Of a DNA stretch of 64,000 nt, positions 9,959 through 20,662 are shown piece by piece. The DNA comes from an uncultured bacterium. GTDB taxonomy: Bacteria; Auribacterota; Erginobacteria; Erginobacterales; Erginobacteraceae. The notes under the pieces were generated by a model, which ran no database searches, had not been told where the DNA came from, and saw only the letters and a program-made list of their open reading frames with translations. The position numbers and the translations under genes are program-made. The DNA lies in contig CAWGIE010000007.1 in assembly GCA_963822585.1 (NCBI GenBank), forward strand, positions 1-64,000, given 5' to 3'. Each line of letters starts with the position of its first letter. The stretch's first letter is position 1.

Positions 9959-11128
9959 TCAGACGGGGCGGATCATCTCTCCGGCGCCGTCATTATAAAC
10001 CATGATGGCGTGAGTCGGCGTGGCGAAGCAGTTCTTTTCGCAGAGACCGCACCCGCGGCAGACCTCCGGCATGACCACCGGCGAATCGATACCGTTCCGG
10101 TTCTTTTCCGTCCGGATGGCCAGGTAAGGACAGTACTCCTGGCAGACCAGGCAGTCTTTGTCCAGACTCCAGGCGATACACCGTTCCCGGGCTACCCGGG
10201 CGGTCCCCATCTTGAAATCCCGCTTCTTTTCCAGGGGCAGGTACCGGATGGCCTGGGTGGGACAGGACTGCCCGCACTTGTGGCAGAACTCGTCGCACTC
10301 ACCCAGGGCCGGCACCAGGCGCGGCGTGAACAGCCCTTCCGGTCCGCCCTCCAGAATCGACGGCTGCAGACCCCCGGTCAGGCAGACCCCGATACAGCTC
10401 CCGCAGCGAACGCAGCGGTCGACGAAATCTTCTTCCGGAAGGGATCCCGGGGGGCGGATCAGCCGCGGGTAAACACCGGTTCGCCACCGGTTGAAGAGGC
10501 GCCAGGCAAACCCGGCGGCCAGCCCTCCCCCCAACGCCAGAAGTGCTTTCCGCCGCCCCGGGTCGCGCGGGCGGTCCCGACCCCGGGAACGAACCCCCTC
10601 CTTGAAGGCGGTTATCCAGTCGAATAACGCGCCCAGGGGACAGAGCTTGAAACACCAGAATCGCTTCCGCCAGAGGTTGAGGAGGAGAATCAGGAGCACC
10701 GGGACCAGGAAAACCAACCCCACCGCCAGACGGGCCTGCAAAGCGGTGACCGCCCGGTTGGCGGAGACCAGGGGATCGAAGAAAGCGAGCAGGTTGAGGC
10801 TGAAGAAGCCGAAACCGAATAGGAAGAGAAAGAAGCGCGTATTGATGACCGAGGTCCGGGTGCGGCGGAAGGAAGGAAACAGGTCCTGGAGGAGACCGAT
10901 CGGGCAGATATACCAGCAGAAGAACCGTCCCTTGAAAAACGAGAGAATCAGGAGGGGGAGAGCGATCCAAAAGAGCCAGAAAAACTCATGCCGGACGATG
11001 GAGGGAAGGAGGTCGGGGCTGAGGTTCTGCCCCAGAGCGGTCAGGTAGGGCCGCTCGAACTGGAGGTAGAAGAAAACCCCCCAGGCCAGGATGATGGGTA
11101 CTGTTACGAATCTCTTTATCTTTACCAT
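9959..11128 (-). CDS. Membrane 4Fe-4S protein (NapH/MauN-like plus NapG/MauM-like domains)
   Basis: GRFFCWYICPIG, RFWCFKLCPLG, RPPG, multiple CxxCxxC motifs; usual partner of DUF362. Confidence 0.82.
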   Translation of the reverse strand: MVKIKRFVTVPIILAWGVFFYLQFERPYLTALGQNLSPDLLPSIVRHEFFWLFWIALPLLILSFFKGRFFCWYICPIGLLQDLFPSFRRTRTSVINTRFFLFLFGFGFFSLNLLAFFDPLVSANRAVTALQARLAVGLVFLVPVLLILLLNLWRKRFWCFKLCPLGALFDWITAFKEGVRSRGRDRPRDPGRRKALLALGGGLAAGFAWRLFNRWRTGVYPRLIRPPGSLPEEDFVDRCVRCGSCIGVCLTGGLQPSILEGGPEGLFTPRLVPALGECDEFCHKCGQSCPTQAIRYLPLEKKRDFKMGTARVARERCIAWSLDKDCLVCQEYCPYLAIRTEKNRNGIDSPVVMPEVCRGCGLCEKNCFATPTHAIMVYNDGAGEMIRPV

Positions 11129-11222
11129 TCTATTAAACCACGAAGGACACGAAGGTCACGAAGAAATAATAGGGGGGTATGTTACTAAGGAGCGCATCAA
11201 ATACATTGCCCTATTGGAAATA

Positions 11223-11320
11223 GTCATTGCGAGCGAAGCGAAGCAATCTCTTATTCACCAACTAATCGAGATTGTTTCGTCACGCAATCTACCCCGATTT
11301 ATCGGGATTCCTCACAATGA
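11223..11320. repeat. REP-like element GTCATTGCGAGCGAAGCGAAGCAATCTC...GAGATTG...CAATGAC
   Basis: Terminal and internal inverted repeats visible. Confidence 0.65.
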
Positions 11321-11346
11321 CATGTAATCTAATTTTATGATCTCTT

Positions 11347-12671
11347 CACTACTGTCCGGTTATAAGAACTGTAATATCAACTGGTTAGCGGAATCACCCT
11401 CTTCAGGAATGTAGTTGGATTCCGTAAGTACTTGCGATATAGGCTCTTTGTGAAATAGGGTAACACTTAAAATCTGTAGAATTGTGTAGAGACTGGCCTC
11501 TAATTTGAGTTGTTTCTTCAAGATGGCGACCAAGACATACGTAGAGATAGCGATCCAGATTTGGGTTTTAACGGCGTTAGAAGAATTGCCATAAAACTTT
11601 TTAATTCGCAGATGTTGTTTGATCCATTTGAAAAATGTTTCTACGTTCCAGCGACTTTTGTATAGAAGTGTAATAGTCAGAGCAGAGGCTACAAAGTTAT
11701 TGGTTAGAAAAACATATTTTATCGAAGTCTTTTCATCAAAGAAAGTGATACGCCGAAGTTTCTCCGGATAGTATTCAGATGATCTGGGCCCTGTTAATCG
11801 AATGGTCTGATCACATCGCAAACCGGTAGACTTATCTACCTCGCGAGAATAGATTCGTTGATATTGAAAATTCTTTTTCGCTCTGATTACAAAAAACGCC
11901 GAAAACATGTGGAGGGAGTATAACCGCAAGAAATCTATGTAAGCGCGATCCATAACATAGTACGCTCCCGGTTCGGGAATCAATTCGTCCAGAATGTTTA
12001 GATCGTGAACTTTGCCGTCGGTGATCCAGATCATAGAGGGAATATTCCCTCGTAGATCTAATAATGTGTGCATCTTCACGGCGCCTTTGTATTTTCTGAA
12101 CCGTGCCCAGGGGAACAAAGACAGACATAAATCGATTGTCGTTGAATCGAGTGCATAAACCGTTTCTTCCAACTCGACTCCAAAGTCTTCGTCTCGATAA
12201 AGTTTGCGAGCTATATTGATCAGCACTTGAGCAAAGTCGGCATAGATTCTCCAGTCCCGATTTTCGTTGGCATCGGCCAGGGTGCTTCTGGACACATTCC
12301 CTCTGATGCCCATGTGATAAAGTTTTGGCTGCATCGCTCGCAGACAGGATTCGATATCGCGTAGACTTTCGCGATAGGAAAGTTGAGCAAAAGCCATTGA
12401 CAGAAATTGATCCGTACATGAGAAACTTTTTACCTTGTAATTGCCGTGATATCGCTCGACGCATTTGTGGAATTCGTAGATGGGTGCAAAATCCATAACC
12501 TGGGAAAATACCAAATGTCCTTGGTGCATGGGCCACTCCTTTGAGAATAAAGATTTTGAGAGGCCCAAAGTTTAAAAGCGATTTCAAATCGAAAAAAGTA
12601 TTTTTTGATGTAATCATTTGAATATTAAGGTGGTTACGTTAAATCATGGCTCCAACAACCGGACAGCAGTG
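11347..12671 (-). mobile_element. IS4-family element, complete
   Basis: 15-bp TIR with one mismatch (11347-11361 / 12657-12671); 9-bp target duplication TGATCTCTT (11338-11346, 12672-12680); lower GC than the flanks. Confidence 0.93.
11360..12529 (-). CDS. IS4 transposase (DUF4372-type N-terminus plus DDE)
   Basis: ALDSTTIDL, VMDRAY and YKSRWNVETFFKWIKQ (YREK) motifs. Confidence 0.93.
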   Translation of the reverse strand: MHQGHLVFSQVMDFAPIYEFHKCVERYHGNYKVKSFSCTDQFLSMAFAQLSYRESLRDIESCLRAMQPKLYHMGIRGNVSRSTLADANENRDWRIYADFAQVLINIARKLYRDEDFGVELEETVYALDSTTIDLCLSLFPWARFRKYKGAVKMHTLLDLRGNIPSMIWITDGKVHDLNILDELIPEPGAYYVMDRAYIDFLRLYSLHMFSAFFVIRAKKNFQYQRIYSREVDKSTGLRCDQTIRLTGPRSSEYYPEKLRRITFFDEKTSIKYVFLTNNFVASALTITLLYKSRWNVETFFKWIKQHLRIKKFYGNSSNAVKTQIWIAISTYVLVAILKKQLKLEASLYTILQILSVTLFHKEPISQVLTESNYIPEEGDSANQLILQFL

Positions 12672-12773
12672 TGATCTCTTTAGTAATTATCTTCGTGACC
12701 TTCGTGTCCTTCGTGGTTAAATAAGTTACTGATCTATGTGCGATTATTAAGAGGTGGTGAATTTCTGAATTGA

Positions 12774-13739
12774 TCAGGCGCTGAGCGCGTGTTCCCTCAC
12801 CCGGATGTCGGCGAGGTCGGTGACGCCCAGCTTCATCTCCCTGGCCGCCCGCAGATACCCGATATCCCCCGGGATCATGCCGAAGAGAGTGGTGCCGTAG
12901 GAATCGATCGCCACCTGGTCGGTCCCGAGCACGATCCGGTCGAGCACCTTGACGTCGCCGGGGCCTTTCGGGCCATTGCTGGTAAGGATGCGGGTGCAAT
13001 CCAGTATGGTGAGGTGGGGATGGAGGAAGGAGCTGATATCGGCGATGCACTGATGGAGATCGTTCTTATGGAAAAACCAGCGGTCCTTGACCGCCCCCAT
13101 GTGGTTTTTCATGGCCATGGTCAGCTGGCCGCTGTGGTGTACCTTGGCGATGGGAAAGTTGATATAGAGATCCGCGTCAAGGAGCTTTTTCCCGACCTCG
13201 GCGAATTTCAGCACCTTTCCCCGGGGGATGGTAACCGCGGTGAAGTCCCCGGTCTCGACCAGGGGGATCATCCGGGAGCCCGCGTCCTCCACTGCCTTCT
13301 CGATCCCGTTGATCCGGAAGGCGCTTTTGTAATTATCGCAGGGGTTGTCAACTACCAGCACTTCCCCGGCGCCGGCCGCCCGGCAAGCCTCGATCAGGGC
13401 GGAGACGAGAACCGGGTTGGTGTTCGCCGCCTGTTCGGGCGTCCGTGACCAGGCCGCGTTCGGTTTGATCACCACCCTTCCCCCCGGCTTCAGAAAGCCG
13501 CCCGGGAACCCCATCAGACGGAGCCCCTCCCCGATCAAAGCCCGGTGATTTTTCCCCTTGACCACCAGGAGATCGGCGCCGGTTTGCTCGGTCACGGGCG
13601 CGGGAAAGGCGAGACTTCCGGGTAAAAACGACGCTCCGGCCGCGGCCGCGGCGGTCGCGGCCAGCAGTTTCATGAATTCCCGGCGGGAGATACCGTCTCC
13701 CGAATCTGAAAAAAGATCACTCGGTATGTTGGTTATCAT
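12774..13739 (-). CDS. DUF362-domain protein with Tat signal
   Basis: SRREFMK twin-arginine motif; VVIKPN, NTNP, MKNHMG and DQVAIDS motifs. Confidence 0.85.
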   Translation of the reverse strand: MITNIPSDLFSDSGDGISRREFMKLLAATAAAAAGASFLPGSLAFPAPVTEQTGADLLVVKGKNHRALIGEGLRLMGFPGGFLKPGGRVVIKPNAAWSRTPEQAANTNPVLVSALIEACRAAGAGEVLVVDNPCDNYKSAFRINGIEKAVEDAGSRMIPLVETGDFTAVTIPRGKVLKFAEVGKKLLDADLYINFPIAKVHHSGQLTMAMKNHMGAVKDRWFFHKNDLHQCIADISSFLHPHLTILDCTRILTSNGPKGPGDVKVLDRIVLGTDQVAIDSYGTTLFGMIPGDIGYLRAAREMKLGVTDLADIRVREHALSA

Positions 13740-13880
13740 CGGGGGCTCCTTCTTTTAGTAATAGAATACACCATCACGGTCGGCGGGGCAAGGAGCGTGC
13801 TGCCAGGATAAAATAAAGAAGATTGATTCAGCAAAAACGGCGGTATATCATCATGATAATTTTCGATTTTCGTAACACCT

Positions 13881-13931
13881 TAGCCGGGATTATTCATGAA
13901 AATTGAAAATTTTCATGAATAATCCCGGCTA
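13881..13931. repeat. Long near-perfect palindrome in a divergent intergenic region
   Basis: TAGCCGGGATTATTCATGAAAATT...AATTTTCATGAATAATCCCGGCTA. Confidence 0.7.
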
Positions 13932-14367
13932 TTAATTGTCGTTCAATGTATTATGAATAGCAATATTGTTTAGACGGCTACAGCACTCTGCTTTTTCTTC
14001 TCCGAAAGGACAACATGGTATTCTTCCTATAAATGCTGCCGGCAGAAGGAGGCCCTTGGCTGTAATTCATTACCGGAGAATTTGATAAAATTAATATTTT
14101 TTCATGTGTCTGTTCATATAATCCTGGTCATTGTTCAAAACTAACCCGATTTATGAATAAATCGGGTTAGCCCTTTTTCTCGTTCCCACGCTCTGGGTGG
14201 GAACGCACGGCTTTCGTTACGACGCAGAGCGTCGTAATCAAGGGGGAAGGGGTAGCTCACTGCTTTCAAATGGCTAAAATGTTACCAATCTTCATGAATA
14301 ATCGTGGTTGATGTATTATAATTCTTTTATTTTTCCGGAGGAAAAATAAAAGAAGGGAGGGTCTTTA

Positions 14368-15459
14368 ATGAAAGGATGGATTGCCTTTTTCGCGTGCGCT
14401 GTCGTGGCAGCGGCCGTACTGGCGGGCTGCGGCAAGAAAAAAGAAGAACCCCTGATCGGGAAAGATCTCAAGGTCGGTTTCATCTATATTTCCCCGATCG
14501 GGGACGCCGGTTGGACCTATGCCCACGACCAGGGGCGGAAAGAGGTGGAGAAGCTTCCCTTTGTCAAGATTGCCCGGGGGGTCGAGAACGTGGGGGAGAA
14601 CGCCGACGCCACCCGGGTGCTCACCCAACTGGCGGTACAGGGTTACAACCTGATCTTCGCCACCAGCTACGGCTACATGGAGCAGACACTGCAGGCGGCC
14701 GAGCAATTCCCCGACGTTATTTTCATGCACTGTTCGGGCTACAAGACCGCTCCCAATATGAGCACCTACTTCGGCAAGATGTACCAGGCCCGCTACCTGA
14801 CCGGCTTGGTCGCCGGGAAGATGACGAAGAGCAACCTCATCGGCTACGTTGCCGCCCATCCCATCCCGGAAGTGATCCGGGGGATCAACGCCTTCACCCT
14901 GGGCGTCCGCGAGGTCAACCCGGAGGCCGTGGTCCGGGTGGTCTGGACGTACACCTGGTTCGACCCCCCGAAGGAAAAACGGGCGGCGGAGAGCCTGCTC
15001 GAGGTCGGGGCGGACGTCATCGCCCAGCACCAGGATACCCCCGGACCTCAACAGGCGGCCCAGGAAGCGGGCAAATTCAGCATCGGCTACAATGTCGATA
15101 TGAGCCGGTTCGCCCCGGAAGCCCAGCTCACCTCCGCGATCTGGAACTGGGGCGTGGTCTACACCGCCGTGGCGAAAGAGGTTCACGACGGCACCTGGAC
15201 CAACACGCCGATCTGGTGGGGGATCGATTCCGGTCTGGTCGGCATCGCCCCGCTCGGACCCATGGTCCCGGACGATGTCCGGGCGCTGGTGGAGGATAAG
15301 AAGGGAAAGATCATTTCCGGAGAACTTAAAATATTCCGCGGCCCGGTCAAAGGCCAGAAGGGGGAAACAGTAATCCCGGCCGGAAAAATCCTCAGCGACC
15401 AGGAACTTTTCTCGATGAACTACTTCGTTGAAGGGGTGGAAGGCGAAATCCCGAAGTGA
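14368..15459 (+). CDS. BMP-family ABC substrate-binding lipoprotein (nucleoside/purine type)
   Basis: LAGC lipobox, GDAGWTYAHDQG, IPEVIRGINAF, TWFDP. Confidence 0.9.
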   Translation: MKGWIAFFACAVVAAAVLAGCGKKKEEPLIGKDLKVGFIYISPIGDAGWTYAHDQGRKEVEKLPFVKIARGVENVGENADATRVLTQLAVQGYNLIFATSYGYMEQTLQAAEQFPDVIFMHCSGYKTAPNMSTYFGKMYQARYLTGLVAGKMTKSNLIGYVAAHPIPEVIRGINAFTLGVREVNPEAVVRVVWTYTWFDPPKEKRAAESLLEVGADVIAQHQDTPGPQQAAQEAGKFSIGYNVDMSRFAPEAQLTSAIWNWGVVYTAVAKEVHDGTWTNTPIWWGIDSGLVGIAPLGPMVPDDVRALVEDKKGKIISGELKIFRGPVKGQKGETVIPAGKILSDQELFSMNYFVEGVEGEIPK

Positions 15460-15636
15460 CGCTCAGAATCCTCCCGTAAGACAATACAAGCCGTTATTCC
15501 AGTAATTCTTCCGCAGGAGGAACGGAGTGATGGAATGATGGAGTAGTGGAGTGATGGCCCACCCGGCGCCGGCGTCCAACACTCCATCACTCCACTATTC
15601 CAACACTCCTTTATTATCTCCACATTAATGTAATAC

Positions 15637-17178
15637 GTGGAATCAATGTTAAACAACACCACAATTCAGTACGCGGTTCGCATGCGGGGGATCGTCAAGC
15701 GGTTCCCGGGCATCCTGGCCAACGACCACGTCGATTTCGACCTCCTCCCCGGCGAGGTCCACACGCTGCTGGGCGAAAACGGCGCCGGGAAGTCGACCCT
15801 GATGCAGATCCTCTCCGGCCTCTACCGGCCCGACGGGGGCGAGATCCTGGTCGGGGGGCGCCCGGTCGAACTGAAGACACCCCGGGAATCGATCGAAGCC
15901 GGGATCGGGATGGTTTACCAGCATTTCATGCTGGTCAGGAGGCATACTGTCCTGGAGAACGTTATCCTGGGCCTGAAGCGGTTCGGCATCCTGATCGACT
16001 ATCGGAAGGCCGCCCGGGAGATCGCCCGGATATCCCGTGATTACGGACTGGAGATCGACCCCGGCACCCAGGTCTGGGACCTTTCCGTCGGCGAGCAGCA
16101 GCGGGTGGAGATCGTGAAGATGCTCCTGCGCCGGGTGAAGATCCTGATCCTGGACGAACCCACCGCCGTCCTCACCCCCCGGGAGAGCGACCAGCTTTTC
16201 GAGACCGTCCGGGCCCTGATCCGGGAAGGGACTTCGGTCGTCTTCATCTCTCACAAGCTCCGGGAAGTGATGGCGATCTCCAATCGGATCACCATCCTCC
16301 GCAAAGGGAAGAAAGTCGCCGACATCCGGAAGGAAGACACGGATGAGAAGGAGCTCGCCCGGCTGATGGTCGGACGGGAGGTCCTCCTGGACATCAGGCG
16401 GGAGGAGACCGCCACCGCCGAGCCGGTCCTGGCCCTTAACGGCGTGGAGGCGGTAGACAGCCGTTTCCTCCCCGCCCTCCGGGGCGTCGGTTTTCGGATC
16501 CACCGGGGGGAGATCCTGGGCCTGGCCGGGATCTCGGGGAACGGCCAGAAGGAGCTGGAAGAAGTGCTCACCGGCCTCCGCCAACCCCTCCGGGGGGAGA
16601 TCGTACTCCAGGGGGTGGATATCACCGGCCGGTCACCGGGAGAGATCATCCGGAAAGGGGTCGCATGTATTCCGGAGGACCGGCACGGGGTGGGAACGGC
16701 CCCCGGCCTCGGCTATACCGCCAACATCATTCTCAAGGATTATCGGGAACCGCCGATAGCCCGGGGGGTGTTCCTCAACTACCGGGCGGCGGCGGCCGAG
16801 GCCGAGCGCCTACAAAAGGAGTTCGACATCAAGGTGCCCAGCCCCGCTTCGCCGGTGCGCCTCCTCTCGGGGGGGAACCTCCAGAAAGTCATCCTTGCCC
16901 GGGAACTCTCTTCCCAGCCGAAATTTTTGCTCGCGGTGCACCCCACCCGGGGACTCGACATCGGAGCCACCGAGTACGTGCGGAAAAAGCTGGAAGAGAT
17001 GAAGCGACGGGGAACGGCGATACTCCTGATCTCGGAGGACCTGGACGAGCTGTCCAGCCTGAGCGACCGGATAGCGGTCATCTACGAGGGAAAGATCACC
17101 GGGATACTCGACGCCCGCGAAGCCACCCGGGAGCGATTGAGCCTGCTCATGACCGGACAACAAATATCTGCTCGATAA
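15637..17178 (+). CDS. Sugar/nucleoside ABC ATPase (two NBDs)
   Basis: GENGAGKS, LSVGEQQRVE, LSGGNLQK, PTRGLDIG. Confidence 0.92.
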   Translation: MESMLNNTTIQYAVRMRGIVKRFPGILANDHVDFDLLPGEVHTLLGENGAGKSTLMQILSGLYRPDGGEILVGGRPVELKTPRESIEAGIGMVYQHFMLVRRHTVLENVILGLKRFGILIDYRKAAREIARISRDYGLEIDPGTQVWDLSVGEQQRVEIVKMLLRRVKILILDEPTAVLTPRESDQLFETVRALIREGTSVVFISHKLREVMAISNRITILRKGKKVADIRKEDTDEKELARLMVGREVLLDIRREETATAEPVLALNGVEAVDSRFLPALRGVGFRIHRGEILGLAGISGNGQKELEEVLTGLRQPLRGEIVLQGVDITGRSPGEIIRKGVACIPEDRHGVGTAPGLGYTANIILKDYREPPIARGVFLNYRAAAAEAERLQKEFDIKVPSPASPVRLLSGGNLQKVILARELSSQPKFLLAVHPTRGLDIGATEYVRKKLEEMKRRGTAILLISEDLDELSSLSDRIAVIYEGKITGILDAREATRERLSLLMTGQQISAR

Positions 17179-17192
17179 GGGATTCGAGCAGT

Positions 17193-17382
17193 AAATCCTA
17201 AATCATAATATCGAAATCCTAAACAAATCAAAAATCTTAATGACCAAAATTCCAAACGATCAAGGCCAAGCGCAGATTTTGGTCAGCCTCCTTCGCCATG
17301 GTAGCCTTTGGCTACGGCGGCTGAATTTGAATTTGTGATTTGGAATTTGTTTGGGATTTGATGCTTGTAATTTGTGATTTCA
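17193..17382. repeat. Inverted pair of AAATYCY/TTKGRAT heptamer arrays at an operon junction
   Basis: AAATCCTAAATC...AAATTCCAAAC arm and TTTGAATTTGTGATTTGGAATTTG arm; single arms also at 58115-58178 and about 47985-48010. Confidence 0.7.
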
Positions 17383-17425
17383 AAACTGCTGTATATCTGA
17401 CCGGGAGCGGTAATCAAATTATTAA

Positions 17426-18520
17426 ATGCCACTCATAACTATTGAAAAACGACTGGAGCCTGGCCGCTGGTCGCGGCTGGGGGTGTCGATCGGATCGATT
17501 GTCCTGGCCCTTGTCTTCGGGGGGCTGGCAATCCTGCTCACCGGCACCGACCCCATCGAAGCCTACGCGGCCCTCTTCCAGGGGGCTTTCGGGACCGCCT
17601 ACGGCCTTTCGGAAACCCTGGTCAAGGCCACCCCCCTGATCCTCTGCGGTCTCAGCGTCGCCCTCTGCCTGAAGATGCGGCTCTGGAACATCGGCGCCGA
17701 AGGCCAGTACGTGGTCGGCTTTCTGGCCGCGACACTGGTCGCCCTGCATTTTCCCCGGTTCGGCTGGCCGGTCCTTCTCCCCCTGATGGGTATCGCCGCC
17801 GTACTGGCCGGCGGGATCTGGGCCGGCATCGCCGGCGTACTGAAGGCCCGGCTGGGGGTCAACGAGATTATCACCACGCTCTTAATGAACTGGATCGCCA
17901 TCCTCCTCAGCCAGTACTTCGCTTACGGTCCCCTGAAAGGGGCGGACGGCTTTCCTTACAGCGCCGAATTCTCTCCGGCGGCCTGCCTGGCCCGGATCGG
18001 CTGGAACCGGGTCAACGCGGGGCTGATCCTGGCCCTGATCGCGGCGGCGGTTTTTTACTGGATTTTCCGGCGCACCGTCTGGGGGTTTGAGATCGGGGTG
18101 ATCGGAGACAACGAAAAAGCAGCCCGCGCCGCCGGGATGAAAATAGAGAAAAACATTATCCTGGTCCTCTTCATCGCCGGCGCCCTGGCGGCGTTGGCCG
18201 GCTTCACCGAGGCGGCGGGGATCGAACACCGGATTACCCCGCATACCGCGGCCGGCTACGGCTACACCGCGATCCTGGTCGCCTGGCTGGCCCGGACCAA
18301 CCCGCTTCTGGTCGTCCTGGTGTCCGCCCTCTTCGGAGGTCTCGCCACCGGCGGGGAGATGATCCAGATCGGCATGGGGGTCCCCCTATCGGTCATCATG
18401 ATCCTGGAAGGGGCGATTCTTTTCTTCCTGCTATCCGGTGAGGTAATGATGAACTACAGGATTAGTTTCCATAAACAACCTGAAAAAGGAACGAAACCAT
18501 ATTCTCAACAACCGGAATAA
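17426..18520 (+). CDS. Nucleoside ABC permease
   Basis: WNIGAEGQ and VNEIITTLLMNW motifs, multiple TM segments. Confidence 0.9.
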   Translation: MPLITIEKRLEPGRWSRLGVSIGSIVLALVFGGLAILLTGTDPIEAYAALFQGAFGTAYGLSETLVKATPLILCGLSVALCLKMRLWNIGAEGQYVVGFLAATLVALHFPRFGWPVLLPLMGIAAVLAGGIWAGIAGVLKARLGVNEIITTLLMNWIAILLSQYFAYGPLKGADGFPYSAEFSPAACLARIGWNRVNAGLILALIAAAVFYWIFRRTVWGFEIGVIGDNEKAARAAGMKIEKNIILVLFIAGALAALAGFTEAAGIEHRITPHTAAGYGYTAILVAWLARTNPLLVVLVSALFGGLATGGEMIQIGMGVPLSVIMILEGAILFFLLSGEVMMNYRISFHKQPEKGTKPYSQQPE

Positions 18521-18637
18521 ACAAAAAGGAGTGATGGAGTGGTGGAGTGAAGGAATGATGGAACAGGCGGTCCGGCGGCGCGAAGCGGAAACCACTACTC
18601 CAACACTCCAATATTCCATTATTCCATTCTCATCACC

Positions 18638-19585
18638 ATGCTCAACCTGCTCACATCGCTGCTGCAATCGGGGATCGAACAGGGAGCGCCGATCATCCTG
18701 GTCGCCCTGGGGGAGATTATCTGCGAACGCTCCGGGGTGTTGAACCTGGGGCTGGAGGGGATGATGCTGGTGGGCGCGCTCTTCGGCTTCATGGGGACCT
18801 ACTATACCGATAGCTTGCTGTTAGGCTGCCTGGCCGGGATGCTGGCCGGCACCGCCCTCAGCCTGATTCACGGATTTCTCACCATCAACCTCCGGGCCAA
18901 TCAGATCGTGAGCGGACTGGCCCTGGTCGTCTTCGGCGGCGGTCTCTCCGCCTTCATCGGGGACAAGACCAGCCCGGTCAAGATGACGATGGCGGTGGCG
19001 AAGGATTCGTTCGTCCAGTTCCACTTCCCCGTCCTCTTCAAGATTCCGGTACTGGGCCCGATCTTCTTCGACCAGAACCTCCTCGTCTACCTGGCCTACA
19101 TCCTGATCGTCGTTGTCTGGTTCGTCCTCGGTCGGACCCGGCTGGGGCTCAATATCCGGTCGGTCGGCGAGAACCCGGCCTGCGCCGAGGTAATGGGGGT
19201 ATCGGTGAAGGCGACCCGCTATCTCTGCGTGTTAGTGGGCGGGGCCTTCGCCGGGCTGGGCGGCGCTTACCTCTCCCTCGCTCTCACCCCCGGCTGGAAA
19301 GAGCAGATGACCGGGGGGAGAGGATGGGTGGCGATCGCCATCGTCATCTTCGGGAGCTGGAAGGCCGGACGGGCGGCGCTGGGCGCGATCCTCTTCGGCA
19401 CCCTGTACGCCCTCGACACCACCATCCAGGCCCGGGGGACGCTCATCCCCACCCAGTTTCTCCAGATGCTTCCCTACCTGCTGACCATCGTCTTCCTGGT
19501 CGTCGCCCGCCTGCGGGTTCAGAAGGGAGCGATGGCAGCCCCGGAAGCGCTGGGCAAGCCCTATTCCCGGGAATCGCGGGAATGA
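18638..19585 (+). CDS. Nucleoside ABC permease
   Basis: ERSGVLNLGLEGMM, GENP, GRGWVAIA and LPYLLT motifs. Confidence 0.9.
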   Translation: MLNLLTSLLQSGIEQGAPIILVALGEIICERSGVLNLGLEGMMLVGALFGFMGTYYTDSLLLGCLAGMLAGTALSLIHGFLTINLRANQIVSGLALVVFGGGLSAFIGDKTSPVKMTMAVAKDSFVQFHFPVLFKIPVLGPIFFDQNLLVYLAYILIVVVWFVLGRTRLGLNIRSVGENPACAEVMGVSVKATRYLCVLVGGAFAGLGGAYLSLALTPGWKEQMTGGRGWVAIAIVIFGSWKAGRAALGAILFGTLYALDTTIQARGTLIPTQFLQMLPYLLTIVFLVVARLRVQKGAMAAPEALGKPYSRESRE

Positions 19586-19775
19586 ATTTGAAACCACGAA
19601 GGACACGAAGAAAAGCTGAACGCTCAACGTTCAACATTCAACGTCCAACGTCCAATTCGCTCCGCCCCGTGGCGAAGCTGTACGGGGGTGGTTAATGAAG
19701 GGGGCCTTCTGAAACAACTGTTTGCCAAGAAAAGAGTTGGGGAGCTCCAAACCACTTTCACCCCATTGTTAGCCC

Positions 19776-20033
19776 CTACTTCTTGCGGTAAACATCCTTG
19801 CGATCCTGGATCCTGAGAATCAGGACATCCCGGTCTATGATCACAAAGATGATGCGATAGTCGCCGACACGAAACTTCCGCATGCCGGCAAAGGGTCCGC
19901 TGAGAGCGGGGAAGCGCTCAGGATTCCTGGTGAGCTCCGCATCGATCTTGTTAAGTATCCGCTTTGCTTGAGCCTTGCCGATGCGTTTAAGATCCTTCGC
20001 GACAGATTTTTTATAGGTGATGTTATAACCCAA
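19776..20033 (-). CDS. relE: RelE/ParE-family toxin
   Basis: KDLKRI...MRKFRVGDYRIIF...RKDVY. Confidence 0.88.
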   Translation of the reverse strand: MGYNITYKKSVAKDLKRIGKAQAKRILNKIDAELTRNPERFPALSGPFAGMRKFRVGDYRIIFVIIDRDVLILRIQDRKDVYRKK

Positions 20034-20241
20034 GGGACGTCCTCATTTCTTTACTGGAGATCACCGGGTCTGTATTGTCGCGAAGGCGATCCAGTGCCAC
20101 CTGAAGATCGGCGAAGTCATCAAGATACGTTTCGACCGCTTTCTGCACCACGAATGAGCGCGACCGTTCGGTTTCCTTGGCAACCCGGCCGAGCTTTTTA
20201 GCGACGCTGTCAGGTAATCTGACTGATATAGCTGTACTCAT
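20023..20241 (-). CDS. Ribbon-helix-helix antitoxin
   Basis: ISVRLP...ERSRSFVVQKAV; overlaps relE; GGAGG RBS. Confidence 0.82.
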   Translation of the reverse strand: MSTAISVRLPDSVAKKLGRVAKETERSRSFVVQKAVETYLDDFADLQVALDRLRDNTDPVISSKEMRTSLGL

Positions 20242-20662
20242 GGCATTCCTCCCTTTTCTGTAATACAATGTATACAATGATGACAGCGTCGTCAAGTGTA
20301 TTTATTGGGGTTGACAAAAAAAGCTCCCTTGCTGTGGCCACGAAGCGATCACGGACGAGTGGAGAGACAGGTTAGAGCTTGTTAATTATTTTTTCTTTTA
20401 AAAATGCTCATTGCTGAGAGGGTTCCACAAGCGAGGAATCCATACATTAACCCCATCCACATTGTCCTTGTCCATGGAGCAATAATTATGGGGTCTCCTG
20501 CATTTGCGGAGAGAACACCCATCCCAAGAATATAAGGAATAAATCCGGAAAATAAACTTATCAGTGGCCAGCGCAGGCTGAAGCCTGCGACTACTTTATG
20601 GGAAAAAGCATAGCGCAGAGTGATCGAAGCATCAGCTTACTTAAAGCAATCAAATACTTAAT

